Of a stretch of 64,000 nucleotides of DNA, positions 39,420-51,809 are shown piece by piece. The position numbers were made by a program, and so were the translations under genes. Below the pieces are notes generated by a model that made no database searches, had not been told where the DNA came from, and was given only the letters and a program-made list of their open reading frames with translations. Numbering within the stretch: position 1 is the stretch's first letter; every line of letters begins with the position of its first letter. Where the stretch lies: contig NC_045697.1 of the NCBI RefSeq assembly GCF_009834535.1, forward strand, positions 43,278,001 through 43,342,000, written 5' to 3'. The DNA is from Camelus ferus. Lineage: Eukaryota.

Positions 39420-40235
39420 GTAGATGACTTCTACTTCTGGTTAGGACATCAGAAATTCACAGGACACCATTGTTCCTACTCCAGTAACCAGAACAAGATG
39501 TCTAAGCTACCCGATCATAGGTCTGTTGCTGTTGTTTTTAAACCATCAGGAGTTGAGAACACTATGAAACCTAAATAAGATGACGTGCCTTTCCTAGGAC
39601 AAGAGAGAGACACAGATATTTTCGTATTTGATAAAGCAGCAGGAAAAAGAAGGATTGGCCATAGACAGCCAAACTTGTCACGAACTTAATAATTGCATGT
39701 AGGTTGGGGTTGCAGATGGTCTTCTGAGGAGCTCCAGCCATGGAACAAGTCTGCACCCGTCTCCCCAGCTGTGCCTTCACCAAATGCGTGCTAGTGGTAT
39801 AGTGAAGGCCGGGGGTGCACCAGGAGAAGTGAGGGAGGGCCTCTGAGGCACGCAGGGCTTTCCCTACTGGAAGGGGGCAAACTCCTGAGACGGGGGGCAG
39901 GAGAGGATTGCTAAGAAAAGTCCCTTCAAGGCCTTCACCCTTCACTGGTGCTTGGAAGCATGTCTTCAAAGGCGGGGTCAGATCAGGAGAGGTCTGAGAG
40001 ACTTCTCAAAGGTACAGAAGCTGGGAAGGAGTCCCGTGGGAAGTTCCACATTGACCTACACACATGTGTGTGAGGAAAAGGTTAGGGCAAACAACAGTAT
40101 TTCCAGACAACCAAAGAGGCAAACCAAAACCCCACTGTAGACGCCAAATAAAATATTTACAGGCCAGTAATGACTACCAGTTTTCAGAACTTTCCTCTAA
40201 ACAAAACGCAGTATTGCCTATAATTCACAAAATGG
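39420..40235 (+). mobile_element. Probable old L1 5'UTR fragment
   Basis: Starts gacttctacttctgg (typical old L1 5' terminus); higher GC with retained CpGs; family call tentative. Confidence 0.4.
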
Positions 40236-42084
40236 CTTATTGCCAATCCTATCACTAATCAGCAAGTAGCCAATAAACCAAATTTTAGCTTAAAATTACT
40301 AGTTTAATTTCAAATAAGATTATCTGGAGACAAGATACCCTTAGCATCTGGAGATAAAAGTGGTCATAAGAGTGTGATCAGACTGAGAGGTTTTTGAAGA
40401 CAGGGTCCCTGTTTTTTTAATCTTTAAATCCCCAGTTCTTGGGGGCACAGAAGTTTCAAATACTTACTGATCAGAAGAATGTAACATACTTTTATGAGCA
40501 TTGTAGAGTCAATAAATTAACAAGATACTGCTTTTATTAACTAGCTCAGTCGCTCTTACCTCATTCATAGTTTTTTTTTTGATAAACTCTACCATATACA
40601 AAGAAAACCATACATAAGGTACAATTACACTGGTTACCATGTCAATGGGACATGATGTCATTTCTTATCAACTTAACATCATCATATAGGGTAGGCATGC
40701 ACTGCTGATGTTTTATGGACTTAGGGAGTTAAGGCAAAACTTTCCTACATTTAGTCTGCATAAACAAGTTTACAAGGATAATGTCTATTTGCAAAATTGG
40801 AGCTGGAAGAATTAAAAATGAGTTGAAAATATCATCCATTTTTAGCTGAAAAGGACCTAGAGTATCTAACAACCAGAAAAATAAAATTCCTAAAGACAGG
40901 GCACATAGGAGAGCATACTTCACTGAAGGTCTCTTTAAAGCAGCTGCTGTCCCATGATATAATTCAAACAAGTATAGGACAGCCCAGATGCATTGTGGCA
41001 TGATAAAACTTACCTCGGAGAGGGATAATTGTTAGCTGTAAATGTGTAAGTGAGATAAAATCTCAGGGTTTCCTAACTATTAGAGCCTACATGTCAGAGT
41101 GAGTTTTAATTAACAGAATGCTATAAAGATTTCTCAGAAACAACTATAAAACCTAAATAAATTGTGGTCTGTGTAAAACTTGGTGAAGATAATTTTTCTG
41201 CCAATGTGGTAGAAAATCTAGCTTGAAATTTATAGTGTTGATGGCAATTATATCTGCTCTATCAGATTTAGCAAGAAATATAATAAAAGCTCTAGGAACA
41301 CTCTGTTGCAAAGATGTTGGCATAAATAAGTCAGGACTTCAACATTTTTACACTAACTTTAAAAAAAAAAACATGGAAATTAAATGAAGCAAAAAAAAAA
41401 AATCAACCTATCATGTCATTGTGAATGCAGTGTTTGTTAATCCTCCTATAAAATGAATCTTCTGTAATCCTCAGGGAATAGACTATGCTAAAAATCAATG
41501 CCAAAACTTGTCACTACAGAATTTCCACGATTCGAAAACTCCAAAGGGGAAAAAATGGTGCATACATTTCTATTACATAGAGTGTTTAATAGAAAACAGA
41601 TCAAAATAAATAAAGCTGAACACTATTGACAATGACAGAGGGAGCAGAAAGCATCACTGCAAAGTAAAAGTTAGAATTACAGAACATATCACAGAGTTGC
41701 GCCTTTTGGAATGACTGTAATCTGTAAAATGTGAGCTCTACTGATTGCCTGAATAAGGCTGCAGAAGGAAAATGATGCCTGGCACCTACAGATGACATCG
41801 GAAAATTACTAATTAACGTATTTCTGTTGGAAGCCCTCAGAACTGGCTTTCCTGAGAACATGTTCTCTGATACAGTCATTCTTGGGGTTTGCTCTGGAGA
41901 TGAGTCTGCTCTGAGAACAAGAAGCCCCACTCAGCCCCAAAGCTGAGTCTGTTCGGCAGTAGGACTTCCTCCAAATATGATCCTAAAGTTATCTTAAAAT
42001 GTAACAATCCCAGGACTTCTACCAAGATTTTTGCTTTGTATTTACATTTTAATCTTTTTTGTTTGTTTTTAACTGAAACTAGGG

Positions 42085-42240
42085 CCATTGCCAGCTCTGA
42101 CATTTACTGTGATTTTGGACAAGTATCTTAACGTCTCTGTGCCTCAGTTTCCCCAACTATGAAGTGATTAAAATAGTACTCAGAGGTTGCTTGTGAGAAT
42201 TCATAGTGTCTGGCATGTAATACTCATAATACAAGCATTT
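42085..42240 (+). mobile_element. MIR SINE
   Basis: ctgtgattttggacaagtatcttaacgtctctgtgcctcagtttcccc. Confidence 0.85.
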
Positions 42241-42875
42241 TCTCTTTTTTTGGAAATTTCCAAATCAAATTTACTTATTACTTCAATCAGTTCTGAGATA
42301 GATGACTAAAAAAAGAAGGAGCCGCTAGAGATTTTTATCTAATGAAGGATATAAGAACAATTTCCAAGCAAAGATCTCTTTGTAAAAAAAATTGTGAAGC
42401 AGGCAAACAATAATTGATAGGGAAATCCACTTGAGCAAGCTTTATAAGTTCAATAAGCATAAATGAGCACCTAGATTTCTAAAGACATCAAAAACTTTTC
42501 TCCCTACCTTTACCCCCTCCCAACCTCAATACATACCTCTTCTTTGGGTTCATTTATTATTATCTTAAATGTGAATAGTTAGTGGTATAATATTTTTATG
42601 CAAAAATGCTACCATTCCTGAAGGTGCTGGAGGGTGGGGGAGAGATGGCCACATAACAAGCATTGTTAGTAATTTACTCCTTAGAGTAAATGAGCACTGG
42701 AATTTTCTGAGAACCAGTGTTGATAAAACAAAGCATGCAGAGAATAGTTCTGAGAAAGATAAAGCACAGAAAGAGTAGATTAAAACCTCCAAAGACAATC
42801 TTCATCTTCTTCACACTCTTGCCCTGGGCTAGCAAAGGTATCTCATAAATTCTGATGAATTACAGAACGACGTTC

Positions 42876-43148
42876 CTTAGAAGACGTCTTACCCGACCTC
42901 CACATAACGAAATCATCAGATTGGCCGATACCCTCTCCTCCCGCGGTAAAGCAGACTTTGCATGTAAAGTAGGGCGTGCTGACGGCTGCAGGCTGGCACA
43001 CTCCAGTTCCCGATAATTGCAGCGGATGTTAACAAGGGCAGTTAGTTAGGTCTGTTCCCAAACCTGTTTATACCAGTTGCACTTGTTATAAAGATGTAAT
43101 AAAATTAAACGTTTAGTTAAATAATGTGAGTTTGAGGTGTGGCTTCTA
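42876..43148 (+). mobile_element. Tigger13a-like TcMar DNA transposon, 5' part
   Basis: cttacccgacctccacataac...ttcccaaacctgtttataccagt...aattaaacgtttagttaaataatgtgag resembles recalled Tigger13a. Confidence 0.65.
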
Positions 43149-43627
43149 TGTCTTAGTTTGACCTGCCTCCCAGAAAGTCAAGCCTAAGACAAGGCTCTAT
43201 GTGCAGGCAGTTACTGTGATCCCAAGACTGGAGAACCAGAAAGATCAGAAAGCCAAGATAACAGTGTGTTACCGAGCAGGTTACAGTTGTTGGCAGCTGG
43301 GGCAGAATCCCCCCAGGTCCTCTGAGGAGCCATGTCGAATGTATCTACAGGTCCCATCCCCCATTGATCAAAGGTTTCCCTTGGGGCATAACTCCCTGGC
43401 ACACGCATGAGGTGGCTGCACCCATGTGTTGTGAGGTTGCTGAAACCTGTGCTTGGGGAGTTTCCCTAAGGCACACCGAAAGCATCTCATGCTGTGGCAT
43501 TAGAAAGCCCTGGTCAACCGTACAGCTGAGACTGAGCACTGTCAGCTTATACCTGCCAAACGCTGTGGCTGTGATAATAGCTGCAATGAGAGGTGGACCG
43601 AGATGAAGTGAGGTGTCCAATAGGCTG
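43149..43627 (-). mobile_element. LTR33-like ERVL solo LTR nested in the Tigger element
   Basis: tgtcttagtttg...cccagaaagtcaagcctaagacaagg...gtgatcccaag...gagcaggttacagttgttggcagctgggg...cataactccctggcac. Confidence 0.75.
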
Positions 43628-44033
43628 TAAAAAATAAAGTGACTGCTTTACAAAACCTTACAGTGATAGCTAACAAAATATTGCTATCAAATTTGATGTG
43701 GGTAAAACAACTATAGAAGTTTGGGGAAAAAACAACTGTAAAATTTTTCAAATTGCTTCACCAGAGTCTACTCGAGCCAAAATGAAGATGGATATTATAA
43801 AAATGTATTATGTGTTTGATGTATGCAGAAAAGGACGACAGGTAACTCTAATGAGATCCATGCTCCATGAAAAGGCTTCTGGCTCCGGACTGAAAAATTG
43901 GTAAATGAAAGTGTACTTACATTTTTAGGTCAGGTAAAACATTTAAGACGTGTGTGTCATGTTTTAATCATGTCCTGCTTTATTCAACTTTTCGTAATGG
44001 TTCCAACTGCATTAGACAAATGAGCTCTTACTG
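43628..44033 (+). mobile_element. Tigger13a-like element, 3' part with decayed transposase N-terminus
   Basis: ORF 43698 GKTTIEVWGKN...SMLHEKA resembles pogo/Tigger HTH-psq and CENP-B-type HTH; ends ...cttactg (TIR). Confidence 0.7.
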
Positions 44034-44194
44034 TGTTTTCCTGAAATCCTTAATTTCATTATATTCTAGGTAGCATGGTAAAAGCACTTCTCGGTTTACC
44101 TGAGACACATGGTGCAAATTATTATCACATAGTTATACGAACTATTTTAATTAATAGAAAATGTTAACTATTCAATATTCCAAAAATTAATTGA

Positions 44195-44480
44195 GTAGCC
44201 ACTACCTTTACTCAGACCACCAGCCAAAGCCTCCTAACTGGACTCCCTATCTCCAACTTGAATCCATTCTCCACAGTGCAAATCTTTCTAAAGTGCAAAT
44301 TTGATCTTATCATCTGCTGGAAATCTGTTGGCCTCAGACAAAATTCAAACTACTTATTCTGACTCATAGGCCAGTCATTCATTCATTGTTAATTGAGCAT
44401 CTTCTATATACCGGACCCTATTTAACTCTCTACCCTAATTACTTGCCACTACCTCCTCACAATTCAAATTCCAACTATTT
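44195..44480 (+). mobile_element. L2 fragment
   Basis: agcctcctaactggactccctatctcca...aatccattctccacagtgcaaatctttctaaagtgcaaatttgatc. Confidence 0.75.
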
Positions 44481-45221
44481 GAATGTGGATCTTTTCCCCC
44501 AGGGGTTAGCTAGGTGATGAGATGCCCCTCTGCCCCAGCTCTTTCAAGGCTCTGCTGAACTCTGTACCTTGGGAGTGGCCTGGCATTCCTCCTGAGTAAT
44601 GCCTGATCAAATGGTCATCTCCTGCCAACTGGTTCTGAGTCCACCTTCATGGAAGCTGTCCCTTACAATCTTCCAAAAAGTACGTGCAGCATTTAGCTGC
44701 CCTGTCTCCTGTCCATGTTTTTTTTCCACTCCAGAAAAACACTTCTCTGAAACCCTCTCCAGTGCTGGTGGAGGAAAGTGTTCCGTATAGTTTAGATGAG
44801 ATCACTTACTACTCTTAAAAAGTTGTTCCAAGGATTGCTCCGCCTCTAAGTCTTCCAGCTCCACCTCTTCCTGTAGCACATCAGCTTCACAATCTCGTTA
44901 CACTTATTACTGAACAAAAATTAAAATAGGTGTCTATGAGAATAAAATGTCCCATAAAATGAGAGCATAGTAATAGAAGAACAAATTACAAGTAGTTGAA
45001 GCCAAGTTGATAGAATTCTTAATACTAGAATCTTTGATTCTTTTTAAAGCTATTTATTTTAAACCAAATTGACATTACCTGTCATGTAAGGGAGGAACTA
45101 TTTTAAGTTATTTTTTTTTAATCTGAGTCTAGTTACTTCTTAGAGTCTGAGTTACTTCTAAATTAGAATTAATTCTGAGTAACCCAAATTTTATAATAAC
45201 TTTATATGAAGTGTAAGTAAC

Positions 45222-45306
45222 CTCTAAAAATATCAAATCATTATGTTGTACATCTGAAAGTAATATAATACTGTAAGTCAATGATACTTCGATAAATAAA
45301 TAAAAA
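45222..45306 (+). mobile_element. Very short L1 3' tail insertion
   Basis: aaatatcaaatcattatgttgtacatctgaaagtaatataatactgtaagtcaatgatacttcgataaataaataaaaa. Confidence 0.7.
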
Positions 45307-45529
45307 GAATTTAAACTAAAAAAGCTTCATTTTTGCCTTTTATCACAAGAATAAGTATAGATCAATCACTAGAGCTAGTTAAGTGTAGAAATGTTTTATC
45401 TGCACATGACCCATATTTAATACAAAATCAACTCTCACTAAATGTTTGGGAGAATTATGTCCATAATTCAGTTTAGATTCTTGAATTACCAATAAAATTT
45501 AAATAGAGCATTGAGTACTGAGTGCTGTG

Positions 45530-45670
45530 GAAATGAATATGGTACTGAGGAAAACAGTAAAAACAACCCTGGCTTTGAGAAAGTCATTTTATACTTTGGA
45601 AGTCAGAATTTCCTCATCTATAAAATGAGGGGGTCAGACTGAATTGTCTCAAAGATCGTTTCTTAACCCT
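45530..45670 (+). mobile_element. MIR/MIR3 fragment
   Basis: gtcagaatttcctcatctataaaatgagggggtcagactgaattgtctcaaag. Confidence 0.65.
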
Positions 45671-46369
45671 GATTTAACACTAACTTGACTTGTTTCCAGT
45701 TATCCTTTTCATGCGTGTTGACACATAGAGCTGAAATGTCTTTTTTTTTTTTAAACACAGAGCTGAGCAATTATTTATTTTCCACATAGAATTTATCCTC
45801 TGCCTGTCTTCTTTATCTTCATTACAAAACATCTCTCCTGTTCTCTAATGTGGGTGTTGACAAGCAGTGATGAAGATGCCTAGCATTTCAGATCTTGCTT
45901 GTCAAGGCTGCTCATTACCACTGCCTTGAATTGGTGGCCCCCTTGGAAAGCTACAGGAACTCTCTTCAAAAGTCAGGGCAGATGCAACACACTTCCCAAC
46001 ATCCAAAGCACCAAGAGAAGAGTGATGGAAGCTCCACACATTGCTGGTGAAAATCTCCAAGATCTGCTTTAGCAGCATGACCTCCATGCATTTAATAGAG
46101 CTACATGGAGCAAAGACTGCTGCCAGTGGTGGGTGGAGAGGAATAGTCTTCAGTATCCCTTAAAATGGTAGGATGTGTCCATTTCTTTGGTACACACTGT
46201 TTTGTAGCTTTGAATAAATACTGGCATGAGTTTTAGAAAGTTTCAAACCATGGCTCTTGTTTTCAATTGAAAACATCTAACTTTAAATTGTTGGCACCCT
46301 CCTCCCCGCTACCAGACACTTTTTACAATGGTTTCAGAAACAACATCAATGATCACCTCAATGTTTTGC

Positions 46370-46545
46370 TATATTGTCCATTCATTCTACAAGTACTTTT
46401 TGGAATGTGTCAGGTGTCAGGTCCTATACTAGGCACTGGGGATATAGAGATAAAAGACAATCTCTGCCCTTAGGGTTTCACCATCCAGTGGGAAGCCAAG
46501 CAATTGAAGAGACAGGAGATGCAGAAAGACATGCTCAAATAAATC
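46370..46545 (-). mobile_element. L2 3' tail
   Basis: cattcattctacaagtactttttgga...gtgtcaggtcctatactaggcactggggatatagagataaaagaca. Confidence 0.8.
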
Positions 46546-47019
46546 TTGTCTATTAACTTGAAAGTTGTCACCAGTTTTATGGGCTTACTAGTAAAAGGCC
46601 TCTGAACTGAAATGAACCAAGCAACAGTAAAAGATCATTACTGAATACACTGCTATGCTATTGATTAACTCCTATTTGTCATACACATTAATGATGAAAA
46701 GCAACATGTAAGTGCTAAGTATGAGTTTTTCCCTATCCAGTTAATAACTTAATTGTGACATTTGGGTTATATGTCAAGCTTCAAGCAGCATTCAAACTAT
46801 CACTAAAACCCAACAACACAGTGTCATCAAATACAGTGATCCAAAGATGATAAAATTTTATGCATGTTTTTATGTATTGCGTATGTATAAGTCAGCAAAT
46901 CTATAACAGTAATTTGCAATAGACATAAATTGATATTACTATAATAGCTGTATATTTAAGGTAACTGTCCATTTTGTCACAAAATGTGTGATAATCATGA
47001 CATGCATAAAGTCTCCCTA

Positions 47020-47277
47020 AGGGAGCCATAGACTGTACTCAGGAGAGGCAGCCAATCCATAGGAAGTCAGCAGGGAGGGAGCCAGGAGAAAAATATCCCC
47101 TGACTTTACCCCTCTTCCTCCTTCCTATCTCCAGCCAGCATCCCATGGGTGAGCCCAATGAGAGGCCAGAGAGCTCAGGAGCCCATGAATGGGGTCCATA
47201 CAGGCCAGCGTCCCAGTACACAAAATAGGGTGGAGAAGGGTAAGGTGTGCAGGGACAGCTGGAAAGTATTCAGCACA
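47020..47277 (-). mobile_element. LTR16-like ERVL LTR fragment
   Basis: cagcagggagggagccaggagaaaaatatcccctgac...ggtccatacaggccagcgtcccag...agggtggagaagggt...attcagcaca. Confidence 0.75.
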
Positions 47278-47449
47278 GTACTAGTAGTAGTAATCGTAAC
47301 AGTAGGAGTAGCAACAGTATTGAGAAATGTGAGCTAGATGCTAGTGCAAGCAGGTCTTTATTCCACCCATGACCAAAGTTGTGGATTTCAAGATTGAAAT
47401 CAGAATGGATGCTACTGCTATTGTGTGTCATGTTCTATTAGTGACTGAA

Positions 47450-47660
47450 GAACACTGAGCTAGGAAGATAAACAATTCTGTATATGATACAATAAATATC
47501 TAAAAAGATGTTACTGTACTGGAAAGATAAGCTGAAATCAACATAAAATGTATTTGGGGAAAATAAACATTACCTTTTACACGCTACAAATTAATCACAA
47601 AAAAAGAATAGAAGTAGATGTGATAAAAGCTTGAGAATTTTACTTGATCCGCAATGCAAT
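47450..47660 (+). mobile_element. L3/CR1 LINE fragment
   Basis: aaaagatgttactgtactggaaagataagctgaaatcaacataaaatg...gatgtgataaaagcttgagaattttacttga resembles decayed CR1 RT (QxDLDRLExWA..N.M.FN..KC). Confidence 0.5.
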
Positions 47661-48159
47661 GGAAGAATATTCGACTTCAATTTGTGAGCAGAAATACAGA
47701 CTCAAAACCAAGAAGGGACTAGGTCCATAGTCATAAGTCAGAAGATGGGGACTGAAAAACATGGTGAAGATCAGAAAGACTCAGAAACAATTCTGCTGAA
47801 CCCATAGCCACTGAGACCTGCTGCAGTTCCTTGTGTCACCAGAGAGGCTCTGAGTTGGCTTTGCACTAATAATCAGTTGGAGCTTTTGGTCATTCTGCTT
47901 TTAGATACAGTTTGAATCATTTCTTTACATAACCTCCATTTTTCCCAGGTGAGAAATTTGAGATATTTCAGAAGACTGGCAATATCCCAGTAATTTTCCA
48001 TTTAAATCATATGCATAAGAAATATCTGACACAACTCATTTATCCTGAGACTTCTTTTTCTTTTCAATTTAAGATTTTAAAATGGAACATTTTAAAGTAG
48101 AGATTGACATGAAAAATGTTCTCAAAGATTCTTTGAACAAGTGGGGGTAGGAAGAAGAG

Positions 48160-48350
48160 AAAGCTAACAAGCTCTGAGCACTTAGTATGCGCTAAATACT
48201 TTACATGTATTTCTGTTCTTAATCCACAAAATCATCCTATAATGTTTACAGGACTTATTTCCATTTTATTAATGTGTAAAATCTTGGCTTTAAAGAGGTA
48301 AATAAATTAACCCATCAGTTAATAGCAGGATTCAAACCCAGAATGAGTAA
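48160..48350 (-). mobile_element. MIR SINE
   Basis: ctgagcacttagtatgcgctaaatactttacatgtatt...ccattttat...agaggtaaataaatt...gcaggattcaaacccag. Confidence 0.75.
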
Positions 48351-49699
48351 TCTCTTCTTTGTTTTGATCTGGGGTATTTCAAACCTTATTTCCCCTTGTA
48401 AATCCTCGTTATAATTTTGCTATAATTAGCTTGCATGAACCATAATTGGGAGACAAAACACAAAAGATACTCAGAAATGTTCAGCTGAGTGATGATCAAT
48501 AGTGGAAAATAGCAATGATGTTCATAAGACCTCAGGCTGACCAGACCTCTCAGCAAGCTAGCATCTGTCAATGCCACATTACTCCACTACCATACGTCTA
48601 TATTTCCAGTCCAGGTGTGTACATAACTAGCTAGCAGATCATATTTTATCAAGTCTAGTCAAATGTCATCATCCATGCACACAAAATACTCTAAACTGCT
48701 AAGTAATTCCTAAGAGGAAAGTGGGGTGAGACTTAATGGAGGCCATATTAATGAGTTAGCATTTACCATCATATATAAGCCCTGCTGATTCATTTTGGAT
48801 CACTACTGAAAAAATATTAGGCTACATTACAACAGCTCAGGTCTATTTTAAAAATATACCACTTTTTTTTTTAAGTATGTGGGTAACATTAAATGTAGTT
48901 AGTAAATTTCTTACAAATCCCACACTTTGAAAAATAATAAATTACTTAGGAACCTCTAACAGACCATGTCTGATCATCCAAATTCAAACATATGAGGAAG
49001 TAATACAGGTGCACGTTTAAAGGATGTAGCTCCGTCACTTGCATTGTTTCAGATGCTGTGCTTTGAGTCTCTTGGAGACACACATTGACTTACTGAGGTC
49101 CATTCAGATTTCTCTGAAGCCCTGGCCAGGGCATGAAAACAATCTTGCTGCTCAGGAGGCCAAATTTACTCCCCAAGGGCACCAAGAATTTTCCCCAAGG
49201 GCAGCACTTAGCCCTGCCCCGACTGCCTGGCTACAACGCTTGTTTTCAGTCATCAAGATACAACATTTAGTTATGCTATTGCCATGAACCTTTTGTGCCT
49301 TTGGGAGAGAATTACAGTCTACCTTCCAACCACATGACCCAGAGCTTCAGTCACAAAGCTGCTAATGTGGATCATATGACAAATAACTCAACCACTCTGT
49401 TAAATGCCTTATAGGAGCCCATTTAGAAGCTAGAGCCAAAAAAAGAAGAGAGATGAGCAGTCAGTGAGGCTTCCATCTACTTCTCCCCTTTGCCACTCAC
49501 AGCTCCTCGCTGTGTGCAGGAGGCAGCCCTCAGTCACTTAAGACTCTTGATGAGGGAGATACTCATGGTGTTTGACTTTATTACAGCCGAGCCAAATCAA
49601 ATGCACAGGCACTGCTTCCTTAGATGTCTATATTTCACTTAAACTGGGATAAAGCAAAGAAACTGGAATATTGTCTCATCATGCATTCTAAATCAGCCA

Positions 49700-50110
49700 G
49701 GGTAGAATATAATGGGGAGTTAATCAGATCACTGAAACTCTAATTCACTTGGTATTGATCGGGCAGATTCCTAATGGGACGGCAGACCAATTTCAAATTA
49801 CAGTAAGCTGACTTGTCCTGGAATACCAATGACCAGGCTGGCGGACGAGCCAAGAGGACCGTGAGCTCTGCTCTCCGGTCGCTCCCGCCGAGCCGGCAGC
49901 CATGAATGCGTAATCCGATGCGGCATTTAGCTAATTAATAGGGGATTGATGAAAGGTTCGGTTTTGAAAGCAGCCATCTCACTTGGATAAACGTGGGACC
50001 AGAGTCCCATGGGGATGGGTAGTCGGGTCCTGGGAAGGTAGGTATACAATGAAAGCTAATGGAAAGTAATGAAATTAACTCGGGCTTTTAATTATATTAA
50101 TCAGTGACTT
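49700..50110. promoter_or_regulatory. Candidate conserved enhancer (CpG-retaining, homeodomain-site dense)
   Basis: Non-repetitive; 17 CpG in 49760-50082; many TAAT/ATTA cores including TAATCC, CTAATTAAT and TAATGAAATTA. Confidence 0.55.
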
Positions 50111-50984
50111 ATAGGAGCCCACTGCATACAGAATGTGCTCCTTTACTCTTGCTAGCACCATGTTTGTGATTCATGTCTGAATCGAAATCAAACAGCAATG
50201 GGAAGAAATAGATGCAGGCGCATTTATATTAGTTCATTTTCCCCACGGCTAGAAGTTTTTCTGGTATGTAAGAGTAAAGAGAAGAGAAAGGGGGCAGGAA
50301 GAAAGGAAAAGGGGGAGGGAAGCAATGGGTGATAATGGTCATCTTCTAAAGGAGAAGTGAGCTCGAAGCTGGTTTTGTTAAGATCGGTTGTTACTTTATA
50401 CTTCCTTCCACGTTAGATTATTTGGCCTGGGAGTGTGAACAAATAACCAGTGTATTTACATGTAGTGAAAGCAGCTCAGTGATGAAATTGATTGATTTTT
50501 ACATTTTGGAAACAACCTGCTGAACTATTAGACCAAATAGTCAAAAGGATGATTTATTCGCACTAACAATAACTTCTTGACTTAGTTCCCTTCTTTAACC
50601 ATCTTTCCCTCTCCCGCGTGCACTGGGTGTGGACTGTGTGTATTTGCGTGTGTATACATGTGTGCGGAACCTATCGGGCTCCTCTTTTTCTAGAGTCACA
50701 GAAATCACAGCTTCAGGCAGACACCAGACAGAAGTGTGTCTAGAACAGAACAGCTTCCAATGAGCCAAGACTTTCTAAGCTTGACCCAGACAGATGGACC
50801 TCAGCCCAAAGGAAACAGTCATATTTGCAAGGAAAATAAAGTCATATTTTTCTCCCACAGGGAGAAATTTTTCAATCCCCCAGTATATCCATCAGGAAAC
50901 TTGCTTTAGGAAATGAAACCTGACATTTAAAAGCCAGAGCTTTACTGCTTAACCAGAGCTAGCACTCACTATTTGAAGAATTTT

Positions 50985-51145
50985 TCCAAGTATTAGCTGG
51001 ATGTATTATTACCCCCATTTTACAGAAGAGAAGAATGAGACACAAAGAGATTCATTAATTTGCCCAAGTTCATGTATCTCACAAGCCAAGGAGCCAGTAC
51101 TCAGATCTACTCCAAAGTCCAGATTTATTACTACTCTTAACAGTC
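50985..51145 (-). mobile_element. MIR SINE
   Basis: tattattacccccattttacagaagagaagaatgagacacaaagagattcattaatttgcccaagttca. Confidence 0.8.
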
Positions 51146-51809
51146 TGGATGCTACCACATCTGAGTCCAGAGAGTTGCAGAGGGTGAATGGAAAGAAAAG
51201 GGGAGCATGGACTATTACTAATGATAATAGCTGAGCTCTGACCTATTTAAGTCAAGCATTATAGTTGTACAGAGCATCACAGACATATACTCCCCATGAT
51301 AGTATCATGTTAGTCTAATTCAGTTCTTAACTCTAACATGGATGTCATGTATGTAGACATTTCTAAAACCAACACAATTCCCTAAAGAGTTCAATAAGCA
51401 AATGACAGCATATTAATATTAAGTAATATGTTACAATGTGATAAAGTTATGCTCTGTGTGATTATGTGAAAATAATGAAAGATCTAAGAAGTCCAGGATT
51501 TCTTTCTCTGTCGTCAGAAGCTAGCTTGGCCCATGGGAGGCAATAATTAAGCACTTACTGAATGAATGTGCTGAATGAATTAAATATTTATATGCAATTC
51601 CGTTGAGAAAATAGAATAAAAAATTATACATACCTATTGATTACAACACTAAAAGAGTTTTCTGACAGAATGATTGTATAAAGTAGAGATTATCAAAAAG
51701 TAGGTTGTTGAAATGTAAATTTTTAATAAAATAAAATAAAAAGATTTAGTTGTCTGATTATTACTTTTGGCTTTTATTTTAAATATACACTATTTAAATT
51801 ACAAATGCA

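Noticed and set aside
43698..43904. Transposase-like ORF as a domesticated TIGD-type gene
   Set aside because: Short, frameshifted, lacks a DDE domain, and the element is split by an LTR.
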